A stretch of DNA of 64,000 nucleotides, taken from positions 3,596,001-3,660,000 of the forward strand of contig CAKKNE010000002.1 of the NCBI GenBank assembly GCA_918797485.1, written 5' to 3'. Source of the DNA: Pelagomonas calceolata (lineage: Eukaryota). Position numbers and translations under genes: made by a program. A model generated the notes under the pieces. That model was not told the DNA's origin. It made no database searches and saw nothing but the letters and a program-made list of their open reading frames with translations. Shown one piece after another: positions 36,214 to 48,650 of this stretch (its first letter is position 1; each line of letters begins with the position of its first letter).

Positions 36214-37472
36214 TGCAATAGATTAGTTTCAAGCTGTCATTTGGTGCCGCATCATCGGTTAATTCCACTATGCTCCCGTCCAGATCAAAAGTCAGAGAGT
36301 CATCGACGCACACATTCCGCGAAATAGTGCGAAATAGCGAGCTGCTGTTAAGAGCAAATTGGCGCTCTCATCCAGGTCTCGTGCCTAATGCAGTGGTCCA
36401 TAATTTTTTTTTGGTCGGCTGAATAGCGAATGGGGAGGCACTGCCCCGACGTGTTGCCCCAGGTTGGCAAGGTCTACCGACAAGCTCTAAAGTTGCTTCA
36501 TATTCGGCCTAAGGGCGGCGACTTCTAGTCGACTCTACCACAGATACAACTCGGACTTCTCTATAAACCCCTACGGATCTTGAATGAACTTCCTGGCGTT
36601 ATTGTGGGCCGCGCCAATGCCTGACTTTTTTTCTTCGTGTTCGTGTGATACAAGTGTACCGAGACATGCGCACACGAGTCATGCGCACACGAGTCATGGA
36701 GTCGTTTCGATGCCACCCCGCAACCCATCAACACGTTTACCATCGCTCAGTCGCTTTAGCCCACAGACTGGCGTTGCGACGTGCTTCGTCGCCGCTGCAC
36801 TGGCAAACTCTTCTTTTGTCCAAGTATGATCGAGAAAATTCCGGGCTCATACGAGCGCCCGGAAGCAAGGGACGGCCAAGTCATGCCGTTTTGTGGGCGC
36901 CCCTGCGAGATTATATAATCGCCTGACGTGCAGAGACCTTCATAGCTTGGCCTCTGACCTCGGCCCTCGTTCTGACCAAGAACCTTACCGACGCTGGAGG
37001 CAATTTCGCTAGCGTGTAATTCTATAACATCAGTGCCGTCGTACTTGAATCAGCAGCTTCCGAGTCAAGTTGGTCCTTGGGCCGGACCGATAGTATACGA
37101 CATACCCAAGGCGGTTCACGCGGATTAAGCACCTCGTTGATTCGTTGAACCCGGGGCCTGCTGAAGATGACCAGATCAAGACGCGTATTTGAATTGCGTC
37201 AACGAAGAAAGCCGTCACGGTCAACCTCAACTCGCACTCCCCCTCAACCTTGACATGAGCGCCGGGCCGGGCCGCCGGTTGCGCCAGCCGCCACCTACAA
37301 CTAGGGATCGACCTCTGGGCCCGATTAAGAGTCACCGGTCCACCTTTGAGGTGGGATGCATGGGTCTGAGGCTAGCAGGATGGACTAGTACGTATCATTG
37401 CAGATATATCTTTGAGGCAGTCGCGTTGTTTGTGAGCTATCTTCATCGCATCGTCCAGCGGGGTCTCGTGCG

Positions 37473-39170
37473 ATGAGCCAATCCTCTTATGCAGCAAAGC
37501 GCGATTTGGATGCAAGAGAGGCCCAGTGGTACGGTGGCAAACAGCCTAGGCTGACGCACGAGGGTTACCCAGCAAGTAATTATGCATCGAAAGTACACTC
37601 TCCAGGAGCCAAAAAAGCATTCACGGGCAACAACTCACTACTACCACATGTGGACCAAAAGTTAAGCGAGTCAGCTGCCATGGAAATGGAGCAGGTACGC
37701 TTGCGCATGCAGGAACAGCGTGATCAGACGGAAGCAATGATTGAACAATTAATGATTGCACATGAGGAAGCAAGGAAGGAGCGCGAGTCCTTGGTGGTTG
37801 AGCTCGCATCTATGTCGGCAGACTCGGGGAAGAAGCTACTAGTGAAGGTCATAACTCGGATGTGCCGAATGCAGTTAGTCATGGCCTGGCAGGCCTGGCA
37901 CGGAAACACTACACAATTCACAAAAATGCAGCTGCAAGAGAAGTCGAAAGCGTTGAAGGCAGATCTGGCGTCTTTGAGACGCCGCATTGAGGAGGCTCAA
38001 AGGGATATAGATGAGCGGATCCAGCTTGCAGCAGATTCCGCTTTCAAAAATGCAACCGTAAAGCAGCGCCAGCTCCTACTCAATATATTCGGAAGACTGG
38101 CGGGACAGAAGTCCCGGGAGTCTTTTTATGTGTGGAGAGACGCCATGGAGGACTTTCGACGGAAATATACACTAACATTACGCATGTTGATGCGACTATC
38201 CAACGCTAGAATTATGATTGGATGGAAGAAATGGTACTATGAAACATTCCTGAAGTCAAAGATGAGCTTAGAAGAAAAGACTAAGGCCCTCTATTACGAG
38301 ATCGGTCTTGCCCGTGAATTATGTAATGTAAAGGAAAAGCAACTTGAGAAAGTCGTCAGCGAGATCACACGCTTGATGATCCAGAATGCTTCCCCAAAGC
38401 AACGAGCCCTCATGGTAAAGATTCTAAGCAAGTGCTGTTCGATGCTACTGCGCTATGGAGTAAAGAAATGGAAACAAAAAACCCATCTCTTCAAACATGC
38501 TCGTAAGACAATGGGTATAATCATCTCCCGTCTCTGTAACTCAGAAATTAACTACGGCTTTCGCAAGTGGCATATGGTCTGCATCAAGATGACAGAAACA
38601 TCGGGGGAGCTGGTGGTCGCCAAGCTCAAGGGCCAAATTTCTATTTTGAAGGGCCATCATGAGACCTCAACAAATCGTATTGAAGAAATGAGCACAAACA
38701 TAAGGAAAATGCGCGAATCGGTGACTCTGAGACACAGTGCTATGTCTCAGATAGCCCAGGGGGCGGAGGAGGTTGACCTTGAGATAAAGTTGTTGATTGC
38801 AGAATGCCGTGGTGATACCGTGAGCATAGCCCAAGGACGTGCCAAATTTGGCAGCAACTCGATGCACGGAAGTCCCCCTCAACGCAGGCGTAGGGATAAT
38901 GGCGAAATTTTGGGACTTGAATCTGTTGATGCAAACACAAGGGCCCACCTTCTTGTCTTTTTGCAAAACCTAGACCATGCTCAACCACAAGATACAATTG
39001 GCGCCCTAGCAACACATCCTGGGCTCCCTAAGCACAAGGCGTGGCTAAAGAAGTATGTGCTTCTTGGTGATCAGCAAGTAGCCGCTGCTATTCGGGCGTA
39101 CGAGTTTACTTTAGATACTGATGACTTCATCGAATCCTTGGACATGATTAAGAAACTCTCGGACGTGTGA
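37473..39170 (+). CDS. Coiled-coil protein with Sfi1-like Trp repeats
   Basis: 565-aa intronless ORF; repeated basic helices ending in AWQAWH, FYVWR, GWKKWY, GVKKWK and GFRKWH. Confidence 0.7.
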   Translation: MSQSSYAAKRDLDAREAQWYGGKQPRLTHEGYPASNYASKVHSPGAKKAFTGNNSLLPHVDQKLSESAAMEMEQVRLRMQEQRDQTEAMIEQLMIAHEEARKERESLVVELASMSADSGKKLLVKVITRMCRMQLVMAWQAWHGNTTQFTKMQLQEKSKALKADLASLRRRIEEAQRDIDERIQLAADSAFKNATVKQRQLLLNIFGRLAGQKSRESFYVWRDAMEDFRRKYTLTLRMLMRLSNARIMIGWKKWYYETFLKSKMSLEEKTKALYYEIGLARELCNVKEKQLEKVVSEITRLMIQNASPKQRALMVKILSKCCSMLLRYGVKKWKQKTHLFKHARKTMGIIISRLCNSEINYGFRKWHMVCIKMTETSGELVVAKLKGQISILKGHHETSTNRIEEMSTNIRKMRESVTLRHSAMSQIAQGAEEVDLEIKLLIAECRGDTVSIAQGRAKFGSNSMHGSPPQRRRRDNGEILGLESVDANTRAHLLVFLQNLDHAQPQDTIGALATHPGLPKHKAWLKKYVLLGDQQVAAAIRAYEFTLDTDDFIESLDMIKKLSDV

Positions 39171-41677
39171 GCAAGGCCCTCCTGGGAACTGCTTAAGGTC
39201 ACTGACAAGAAGACCGCAAGGACAGGAGCCAAAAAAGCACCATAATTCTTTGCACCGAGTGCGTGTAAATGAACCCCCCCTACGATGCCCGGCCTGCCTA
39301 GGAACCCCCAAACTAATCGACATTACTTCTAGTTCCCGCTACTGGCTCTGACTACTGGCATCACTGGCATTCTTAAAATTTACTAAACTTGAAGGTTTAG
39401 ATTGAACATGGGGGGGGACACCAGACTAGGATTGCTCCATAGCAAATATAACCGGAGCCCAGTGAGGTGAATTTTCTAAAACGAAGGTTAACTAGGTCGA
39501 TTCCCGTCCCCTAACAAAATTTGGGATGGGGTCGTCGGGATTTGGCGTTTTGGCAGACCGATGACTGCAAAAAATACCCGCACGATGTGATTCGGCTCGC
39601 TACTAAGCGGCCTTCATCGGCCCGAACGGCGTCCAGAGCCGCCACTAAGTCATCACCTTGCTTCAGCATCCTTGAAGGCCGTTGTAGCCGCCGCGCCGAG
39701 CGCATGCAGCTGCAGCCGGCACGCCGCTAAACCTACTAAACGGGTTTTTGACGATTTGGAGCTCTCCCTCTCATCGTCATCGACCTCCGTACAGACCCCT
39801 GACCTAGGGCGGGGCTACCGACCCCTCTCGGAGGCTCCATGCGAAAAAGCACGTAATTTCGGATCGATTAAGACTCGCTCAGGACCTGGCGACGGTCCCC
39901 GGCCCCCCCCTGATTGAACTTGAAGGTTCTCTTCTTCAAGTTGAACTCCCCCGGCGTAAACTCTCTAAACTGAGTACTAGTAGACCACGACTCCTCCCTG
40001 GGGGGGGGAACTCGACAGCCACAGCGCAAACAAAACAATCCTCAGGCTGTAGACAGGGTTTTTCCAAACTAAGGTTCCTTACGTATATAACCACCTTTTT
40101 GACAAGCCTGAGGGAGCCTGACTCGGAGGACTCCGAGGCAGAACGGTTAGGATCTGACTATTTTAGTGGACCGCGAACGTCGCCGGTGGCGTTTCGTGCC
40201 GCGTCGCGCCGGGCGATACTTTTAGCACGCCATCAAACTAGATGGTCGCATTTGCGCATCAGCCCCCGGGCAAAAGGTACTTAAGGGGGCTCGGGAGACA
40301 AAATCAATTAAAATCATCACTAGCCTATGTTCTTTTTTGGCAAAGGAACTGAAAGTGGTGGGGCGAAAACCTGAATGGCTGGCAAAAATATGGTTCTTGC
40401 CAGTGGCCGCCGCGGCGTCCCACCACCCCGAAAGTGACCCCACCCGAATAAAGCGGTGTCGGGGCGTCCTTGGAATAAAGCGGCTTTAGGATTGATTAAG
40501 TGAGATTTCGGCATCCAGCTTCCCCCCCCCCATCAGTGAACCCACCGTGACCACGTAAGGGCAGGGGGGGCTAGAGCGGCCGCAGTGGGTACTTATATAT
40601 AAAGTATGATTTTTTTACCGGGACTACAGGACGGGTGGAGAGGCCACTGAAGGAGACGTTTCCGAGTCGCGTGGAGGCTTCGATCTTCATAACAGCAATT
40701 TTTTAGCTAAAATTGCTGAACTTTTTTGCCGTGGTTCTCAGCAATTTTGCGCATGCGCGCAAAAGAAAAGATGCCGAGGGCCGCTTGGGTGCTCGCATGC
40801 CCACACGCACCGCGCATGGACGCCGCGGCCAAACGCAATATCGGACTCAAGCCCAACATGCGGGTATTTAGCCCCAGGAGGGTATTTGGCTACAGCCTGA
40901 GTACTTTAAAAAGTTTATTGTAGGCGCGCGCCCCCGCAACCCGAATTGACTATAGCTATTTTATATTATAAAAAGGGGGGGAGGGGGGGGAGGCAATGGT
41001 TTCATATCATGATCTTAATTTTTTTAACACCCTTTTTTTATATTTAGGGTCATGCGACCGCCAAGTTTTGTCATTGGGGCTTTTTTTAACGCCTGCTTCG
41101 AGTTAGGGGACGTCATGACCTGTGAGCGTAGCGAAAACAGCTCGTGACTAGCTCGTGACGACCTCTAAAATCTCGAAATGGTGCAAAAAATGCTACAACT
41201 ATATCATCATCACGGTCTAGGGGCGGCGGCCCGGGCCGGCACTGGCACCCACTCTCACGGTAGAGATTCCATCGAGCGCCCGAAGTTCGCGCAATCGTCC
41301 AGGGGAGCACGTGCACGCCCCTTGGGATAGGCGTCACTCCGCAAGGCCGGATGAAAAACGAGCTGGATTTTTTCCTAGGTACGCGTGGTGGCGCTGATGA
41401 ACAGGGACTTAGTTTGGCCATATTTCGATGTTTGGCTAGTCTACGGCCCATAAATGGTTTCGTCAGAAGGAACATGCGCTGCGATGTGGACTCGGATTTG
41501 ACCGTAAAATGCATCCTCGATGCGGATTGCGTCACGCCTAAGGACCAAAACCTGTGTCGGACTTTGATGTACTAGTGAAATCGCAATTCGAATTTGGATG
41601 TCGTTCCTGCTATCGTAATTGTCTGGGGCCTGCAATTATAGCATGCGATTAGCCAAGGAACATTAAGTGAAACGCTC

Positions 41678-44600
41678 CTACACCCCCCTGACACCCCTCC
41701 GTCTCCTTGGCTGTGCAATATCCCATTCACGTAGAAGCTGCGCAGATGCCATCTCCCTCGTGATATCGTCCTCCTTTGAAGCCAAGGTTTCTTGTCCCCG
41801 AGGCTCAGGGCTAAGGTGAATGTTTGCATCTGAAAATAATGTCTCTGGATCATGTCGATGTGCAATTGATGAGGGCATGAAGCTCTCTCTATAAGCAACA
41901 GGTGGTGGATGCAACACTGGTTGCTGCACACCTGGCTGGGTCTTGTATACAGGAACGACTTGGGCAGTTACTAGTCTTATTTCAGCTCTATCAACATTGA
42001 CATTGCGCTGCATCTCTATGAGTTGCCTGGTTCTGGTTCTGCTCCCCTCGTCATCTTCTATTGATGTGCTTGCATTGTCCGTCTGATCTACATGTAGCCC
42101 AGCTTGTCGTTGAGTCTCGGTAGAAAGCTGGCTTTGGACAGAGCTAGTGCTGTCCTGTGGTAGCTGGTGCTTCAATCCGCCTTTGTTCTCTTGACGACGA
42201 GAGATCGAAAGAAACGTAGGTCTCCCCCAAGCCGTTGCACAATTTGAAGATGTCAAGGCCCGATTGAGTGCATCTGTGATGGTATCGGCAAAAGTTGCTG
42301 CATCCATGCTACTAGGCGCTCCCGCAGTAATATGGGCACTTACAACTAGGGAACCTGCATATATCGCCCTCATGACGACATCCTCGACTTGAATATGCAC
42401 TACGGCATCGGCTAAACTGGTTGAGACAATTTTAAAAAAGGAATACCTCCTACGTCGCGTGAAGTCGTGCGTAGCCACATTTGGAAACGAAACGCCAAAT
42501 GTGAGCCCAAACGAGAGTGGAGGTTCCTCGAACAGATCTGCGTGATGGGACATATCTTGATCCGTTTTCCCTTCTTCCCTGCCTGCCCCCTTGGCAGCTT
42601 TTTTGGAATCGTAGAGTCGTGGTTCGCATTTTAGTGTCATCAATGGTTCGGAACGCAGGACATTAGAACTTGAAAAATGCGTTTTCTGTCTTTCTCCGGT
42701 GAGATTTGTTTGGGGGGGGGGGGCGAGTCGAATATCCGCAGCAATTGCATCTACCCCCGCTGGCTCTCTCTCGCTATGTGGTGTAGGCTCGAATACTGAT
42801 CTCGTTAGTCCAGCGCTTATTGCCGTGGTAGATGGAGCTATGATATCAAAAAAGTCTAGCATTACATTTGGTGCTTCCTGCCGTATTTCATGACCTGCAC
42901 GAACCCAAACAACGCAGGCACTTCCCGCACTATTATCCTTAATCCTTTCGACCATACCTCGTATAGTGGCTCGAGTGCGAGCCCCAAAATAAGCTCCCTC
43001 ACCCAAAGCACCAACACGCACTTCATGAGACCATACATGATTCGTGATTCGGCCACGCACTATTACCTCGACATTCGACGGAGTGACAAGAAGATTCTCT
43101 GTAGATTGAAGAGCAAAAATTGGGAGAGAGACACGAGACAAGAGGTCAATATCAAGGTAGTTCTGCAGTGCACCTCGTGCAAGTGCAGCACGTCCCTGCA
43201 ATGTAATTGGGTTGGCAACAGCAGTATAGATATTCAGCGCAAGTTGTGGATGAACACGAGCAAGATATCTGTCACTAAATTGAAATCGCGAAAGGTAAGA
43301 GACAGGTAGATCAAAACGCTCTTTTGGAAATCTGTCACACGAGTCGAGTAAGGCATGTAATATGGCTGCATATTGTCTGTCAATCTGCGCAGTGCCATTT
43401 ACACTGACCAGACCCTTGAGCATTTGATAAACTGAGCTCCTTGGGTCCTGCTCACAGTAATGTGAAATTACAAACTGTGTGCAGATGCTAAATCCATATC
43501 CAATACCCACCAAGTAAAATGGTCCGCTGCTTAACAGCATCTTGCCCCGCAAATTCACATGTTGGAGTAGTTCGGCTAAGTGACTCGCGTGTAGTCCTGT
43601 TCTGACAGAATTGCCGGTCAAAAAGGTAGTTCCAGCCTGCCCTGAATAATTGTAAATTAAAATCTGACAGGCAGGATGGCGATGAAGTAATCTTTGAAAA
43701 AATATTTTAGTACTGTCGAGTGTGTCGAAAATGTCGTGAACGACAACAAAGTTGTGACTTGACGCAGCAAGAGAAGCCTCACCAAGAATTTCATAAGGTA
43801 GCGTCGTAAGTCCATCGGAACAAATAAATACTCCGCGACAGTTTTCCGTAAGACCAGATGACAAATTCTCGTGATTGCCCATTAGCCTAGTGTGGGGCCG
43901 GGAAGCCAAGCGCGCCATTTGTCGTCTCTGAGTCATCAATTGCGCAGATCGCTCTTGTCTAGAAAACTCGCAGTGTTCTCCCCACTTTAAATTCTTATGA
44001 GAATTGCTCTTAGGAAAGACATTTTGCAGCTGGATAGGGAATAGGTCAGTGGTTCTTAAAAAAAGTAGTGATGAAACCAATGATTCCGGTGGCAGGGACT
44101 GCCGAGAGGGGGTCGAGATTGGCATAAGAGCGAAACCATCTCTTTCAGTCCCCATCACGGCCGCGACAACGTGACGTCCATCAACTTGATTTCTTTTACT
44201 AGAAATCCTCATAGCAATACCTTTTTTACTGCGTGATGGCATTTCCCTTCGTTCCTGCCGCTCACCATTCCCAGCATCAAACGAATCCAAGACCAAGAAA
44301 TCGAGGCGATCGTGGCCCCTACCAGCACGCCATTTATGTGCTTCCAGCATTCCCAAAACCCACAAACAACCCCGGGAAGCCGATGTACTGGCATGTGCTA
44401 TCGTGTTTGGACGAAACAGGGTATTGTGGATATAGGGTTCAATCGCACGTTCAACTCGTGGAGTAATAGAGTCGCAGTTAAATTCAAGCAGCGAGCGCCT
44501 GCATAGTCACTCAGTTTTTGAACAAATTACAGGAGAAATTTGGGCGCAGTTGTCTAGCAGAAAAATGTCGCCACTGGCCATGGCGTGGCGAGTCTGTTTC

Positions 44601-45419
44601 CAACTGAGGGTCTTGCCACCAGACAAAAGAATGAACATGGCTTTGGTCACCAGCGAGACTGCCGGCGGCGGGGAAATATAGCTGCGAAGCTCTGCGACAT
44701 CCAGATTTGTAAGACAGGAGATTGCTGTTTCTGCTCTAGCCACCGCGCACGCCTCTAGCGTCAATGCAGGTGTGATGTGACAGGCTAGGTCTTTTTTTGC
44801 AAATACCTTTTTCTTGGTGTGTACTGCCTTTGGTGCACGTGAGCTTGCTGTAATGCCCCCCCGTCTAGACAAATATCTTGCGTGTTCGATGAGATCATAC
44901 ACACAAAAACAAGCAAGACATACACGAACCGTACCATAACACCGACCGGGGAATTCCCCTGGAGTAGAGCTGGTTTTGTCCCAAGTACCTTTAAACACGG
45001 TGTTGATTGGTTGGTCAGCGCAGTACCGTCTAAGTACGAGTCTAACAAGCTTACTCTCTTCTCTGGCACGAGCAATAGACTGAAATGGTAATTCAATGAC
45101 TCCCTGAGATGACACGTCCGTTGGTGATACATCCGTCAAAGAGTCTTTGATTCTATTATCATCATTGGCTAGCATTTTTCTTTTGAATTCCGATAAGTAT
45201 TTTCCGCTGGCTACACCTGGGCAGTCCGTCACTCGCCGCAAGCTCACGTCGAAGCCACAGAAGTCGCCTGCACATCCTATGGATCAGTGTGGTCAGATAC
45301 ATCCTTGTGATTGCGTACGTCACACCTGAACCATGCGAGGACCCAAGGTGTTCGGTCACGCGTGCCTTAGATGTAGAGACACAAGTCGCGCTACAAAATC
45401 GCGGTGTTTCCCATCCCAT
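41678..45419 (-). CDS. Uncharacterised protein: Cys-rich N-terminus, dynein microtubule-binding-domain-like module, alpha/beta-hydrolase fold
   Basis: ORFs 44507-45247 and 41678-44365 are joined by a GC-AG intron at 44499-44558. MTBD-like DVAELRSYISPPPAV...W...FLRSLLEF...F.P...S....CLWV; hydrolase-like VVVHDIFD, YNYSGQAGT, LVGIGYG, AGHE. Both ends of the gene are approximate. Confidence 0.75.
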
Positions 45420-45529
45420 TTTTCGCTGCGGAGATTATCTTGCTATGAACATATATCTAAAGTAGGGCCAGCCTTGTATCTATATGTGCCGCTGCGGTAC
45501 GCGGTAACGCGGTAACGCGCTTTGAGAAA

Positions 45530-47342
45530 ATGTACAGAGGGCAGAGCGAGGGTGGAGGAAGTGTAGCTGAACAAGTAGACGATCTTCGCGAGCGGATGCG
45601 TTTACTCCAAGGTGCCTTTTTTGTTCGTTTCTTATAACAACAAGCTTCTGCAGGAGACAGGCGCGCTAATGTTGACATCCTTGAAGCGAACAAGTCTGCT
45701 AACAACAATGAAATCAAACGTAATCTCTTGCTTGTTGCCTGCTGTCCTTTCATAATATAGAGCGCGACGCAGGTCTCCGGGAAGAAAACAAAGAGATTCG
45801 AATCAAACTCTCGATTGTGCAGCGCAGTTGTAGTTCAGCCTGCGCTACGCATGATACCTTAGAAGGTGACTTAATCAAAGTTCGAAAGCATTTCGACACC
45901 CTGCGAGAACAAACTCTCCTGAAATGTCAAACGCTGAAGAAGCTGAAAGACGGTGCGCGAGATCTGGAACTTCAATCAAAAAGTAACGCTCAAGAAGATA
46001 CCCCAGTCACAAGAAATATCAGGATGCTTGAGAATCGCCTAGACAAAGCGCTTATAAAATTCAATGAGGCCCAGGTACTTTTTATTCTATTTGCATTAGC
46101 ATCAACATATCAATTTTGCAGTCAATCAAAAGAACATATGAGCAAATTGTAAAACGGCTGAGAGAAGAGCGCATTGGTTTTGATCACCAGCTGACCGCAC
46201 TCGAACGCACATTTGCTGCCAAGCAGCGTGATTATGAGGAGCTCTTGCTTCTCTCAGGGGATGCAAATCATGCACGCGAAGTGGCACAATCAGAACTCAG
46301 CCATGTTCGTAATGGGTATGAGGAGGAGCGCCGTAGGCGTGACCTGGAGCTTCGCGAGCGCCACCAAATGGTGCAGTTGAGAAAACAGACCCTTGGAACG
46401 TTCCAAAGACACGAGAGCGCGCGTCAGCAGAATATTTATGACGAACATGTCCCAAACGATGGTCAGGGGCCAGTGGCTGTTGTCAAAAGCACAACATTGC
46501 AGCGATCAAAAGAGCGCACTGAACAGCGAACAAAAATCGACATTTTTGAGAGGGCCTTCCGAAAGATCAAGGAAGCGACAGGTAACAGCTGCTGGGTGAT
46601 TGGAGATAAATCACAGGTGTATAATTTAGGTGTTTCTGACGTCAACGAAGTTATACAGAAAATCATTGTTCAAGAAAGCACCACGGAAAATCTCATGAGC
46701 TTGACCAGAGACAATCAACAGAAGATCGAAGCTCTAAGTGAACAGAAGGTTGGCATAAAAATGCATGTCGAGGAAGTAAAATACTCAGGGCCAGGAGGGG
46801 GGCACCGACGCAAATTGGTAGACAAACATGAAGCACAACTTGCATCAGCTGCTGCGAGACTTGAACGATGCCGCATTAAGCACGAGAGGCTCACTCGAAT
46901 GGTGATTGCCGTCAAAGCGGGCGTAAAGCATCTCCAAGATAAGTTGGACGGAGTTCGAGAGGAGCTTGGTGGACGGCACATCCAGTTGACAGATGCAACC
47001 ACTTTTCGAGTTATGGCAGAAAACGAAATCATAATGGCTGAACTCATGGCGCGAATTAGAGTAGCCACGGACAATGAGTCAAACATTACTAACGGCGCCG
47101 CAAGGAGCACAGATGTGCACGAGATTGACCTGCTTCGAGCACGTCCTTACAATCAGCGCATTGACTTGCCACTGCTTGATGAAGAATGGGATCGTGACGG
47201 CCTACTCAAAGACAATGATGATTTCAAGGGTGAGGTGGACGATGAGCTTACGCGAGAAAAAGTCAAAAAAGCATCGTCGCAAATTCTGATAGCGCAAGAT
47301 AAAAGAAAGCAAAAAATGCACGACCAAGATGCGAGTAATTGA
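45530..47342 (+). CDS. CCDC151: Outer dynein arm docking complex subunit, CCDC151/ODAD3 family, 5 exons
   Basis: IRMLENRLDKALIKFNEAQSIKRTYEQIVKRLREERIGF, FRKIKEATGVSDVNEVIQK, RPYNQRI. Introns 45612-45653, 45720-45772, 46075-46121, 46582-46629. Confidence 0.85.
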
Positions 47343-47984
47343 GCAGCCGGTCATCTTTAGCGTCCAGCAACCCTTCGCTGAGTCTTTAACAAAATCTCTT
47401 ACTGGCAGACTGTAGATGAAACACAAGTGCCCGTGCAAGCGTGAGTTCGAGTCCGCCGTTTTCTGCCGCGTATAAGCCATGCCACGCCGCCCCTATGATC
47501 GCTACGCTACGCGGTGCCTTTAAATTTGGCGTAAGTTTAAGAGCTCGACTCGGAGTACCTAGGTGGCGGCCGAAAGTCGACTTGGCGGCCGCGGTCCGTC
47601 GGTGCGCCAGTGCTACTCTCACTCTCTACTTTACTCTCTCATCCCAAGCCCTAGAGGCCTCCGACTGGTCACAGTAGCCACCCCGCAAAAAATCCCAAGG
47701 CCCAAGGGGGCCATCACCTCTAGCCACGCCGCCCACACTTAGAGCTGTCTACCACTGGCATAGGGAGTTTAGAGAGAGAGCCACTTATTGAACCCACCCC
47801 CAGGTAGTACGGACCCCGAACGAGTTTACGCTAGCCGCTTTAATTCCACTAGATTCTAGAGGACTTAGTAAGAACTTCAACTTAGAACTAAGTCTTACAG
47901 GTGCCAGCCTGGGATTCAGATTGAACAAGCATGGCGGAGCATGGCCGAGCGCCGAGGGGCAGCCCCGGCTGGGCCCCGGCAGTC

Positions 47985-48290
47985 GGACGACGCATTGCAA
48001 AAAACGCGGCAGCAAACGCGGCTCTTCTCGCCGAGAAAACGGCCAAAAACCATGCAAAATGACCTACGATCGTCTTTTTTGGCGCCGTTTCGAGCCGATC
48101 GGGCCACCGCAGCGTCGGACATCATTCACCACGTGGCCGACGACGATCTGAGACGAGTTCGGCAGCAGCGGCTCGTAAGATGTCGGTCTATGTGTGGTCC
48201 GCGTTTCTCGCCGGGACGCGGTTTCGGGCAAAAATCGCGCCGTGGGTCGCGAGATTTGGCAGGGACCCTCCCAGCCACCACGGCGTGCGC
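47985..48290 (+). repeat. Dispersed ~300-bp repeat, direct copy of about 58895-59147
   Basis: ggcgccgtttcgagcc.atcgggccaccgcagcgtcggacatc...gtaagatgtcggtctatgtgtgg...cccagccaccacggcgtg is shared between the two loci. Confidence 0.9.
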
Positions 48291-48650
48291 GCGCGGGGGT
48301 TGGTCGCGGAAATCGGCGCGCCCGAAGCGGCCCAACGCCCCGCCAGGCAACTTTCCCAGCCTGGCCGTTCTTGGGGCCCGCCGCATCGTTTGCGGCCGGC
48401 TCTTCGGCGCGCAGGCTAGTCGAGCGAAATGAAGCTCGCCAACGACGAGCGGCCCAGGCTTCCGCTGCCCACCCGCGCGGCAGACCGTTCCTGAAGTAGC
48501 CCAGCGTAAACTCTCTACATGTATAGACTAGTATAGTTCTAGTGTAATCATTGTAATTTTATTTCCGGTATAAGGGTACTGGCATAATCGTCTCCAAGCC
48601 AGCTCCAGTGTGCAGATTGCCCCCAAGCGCTTGGCAAAGCGCTTGGCACG

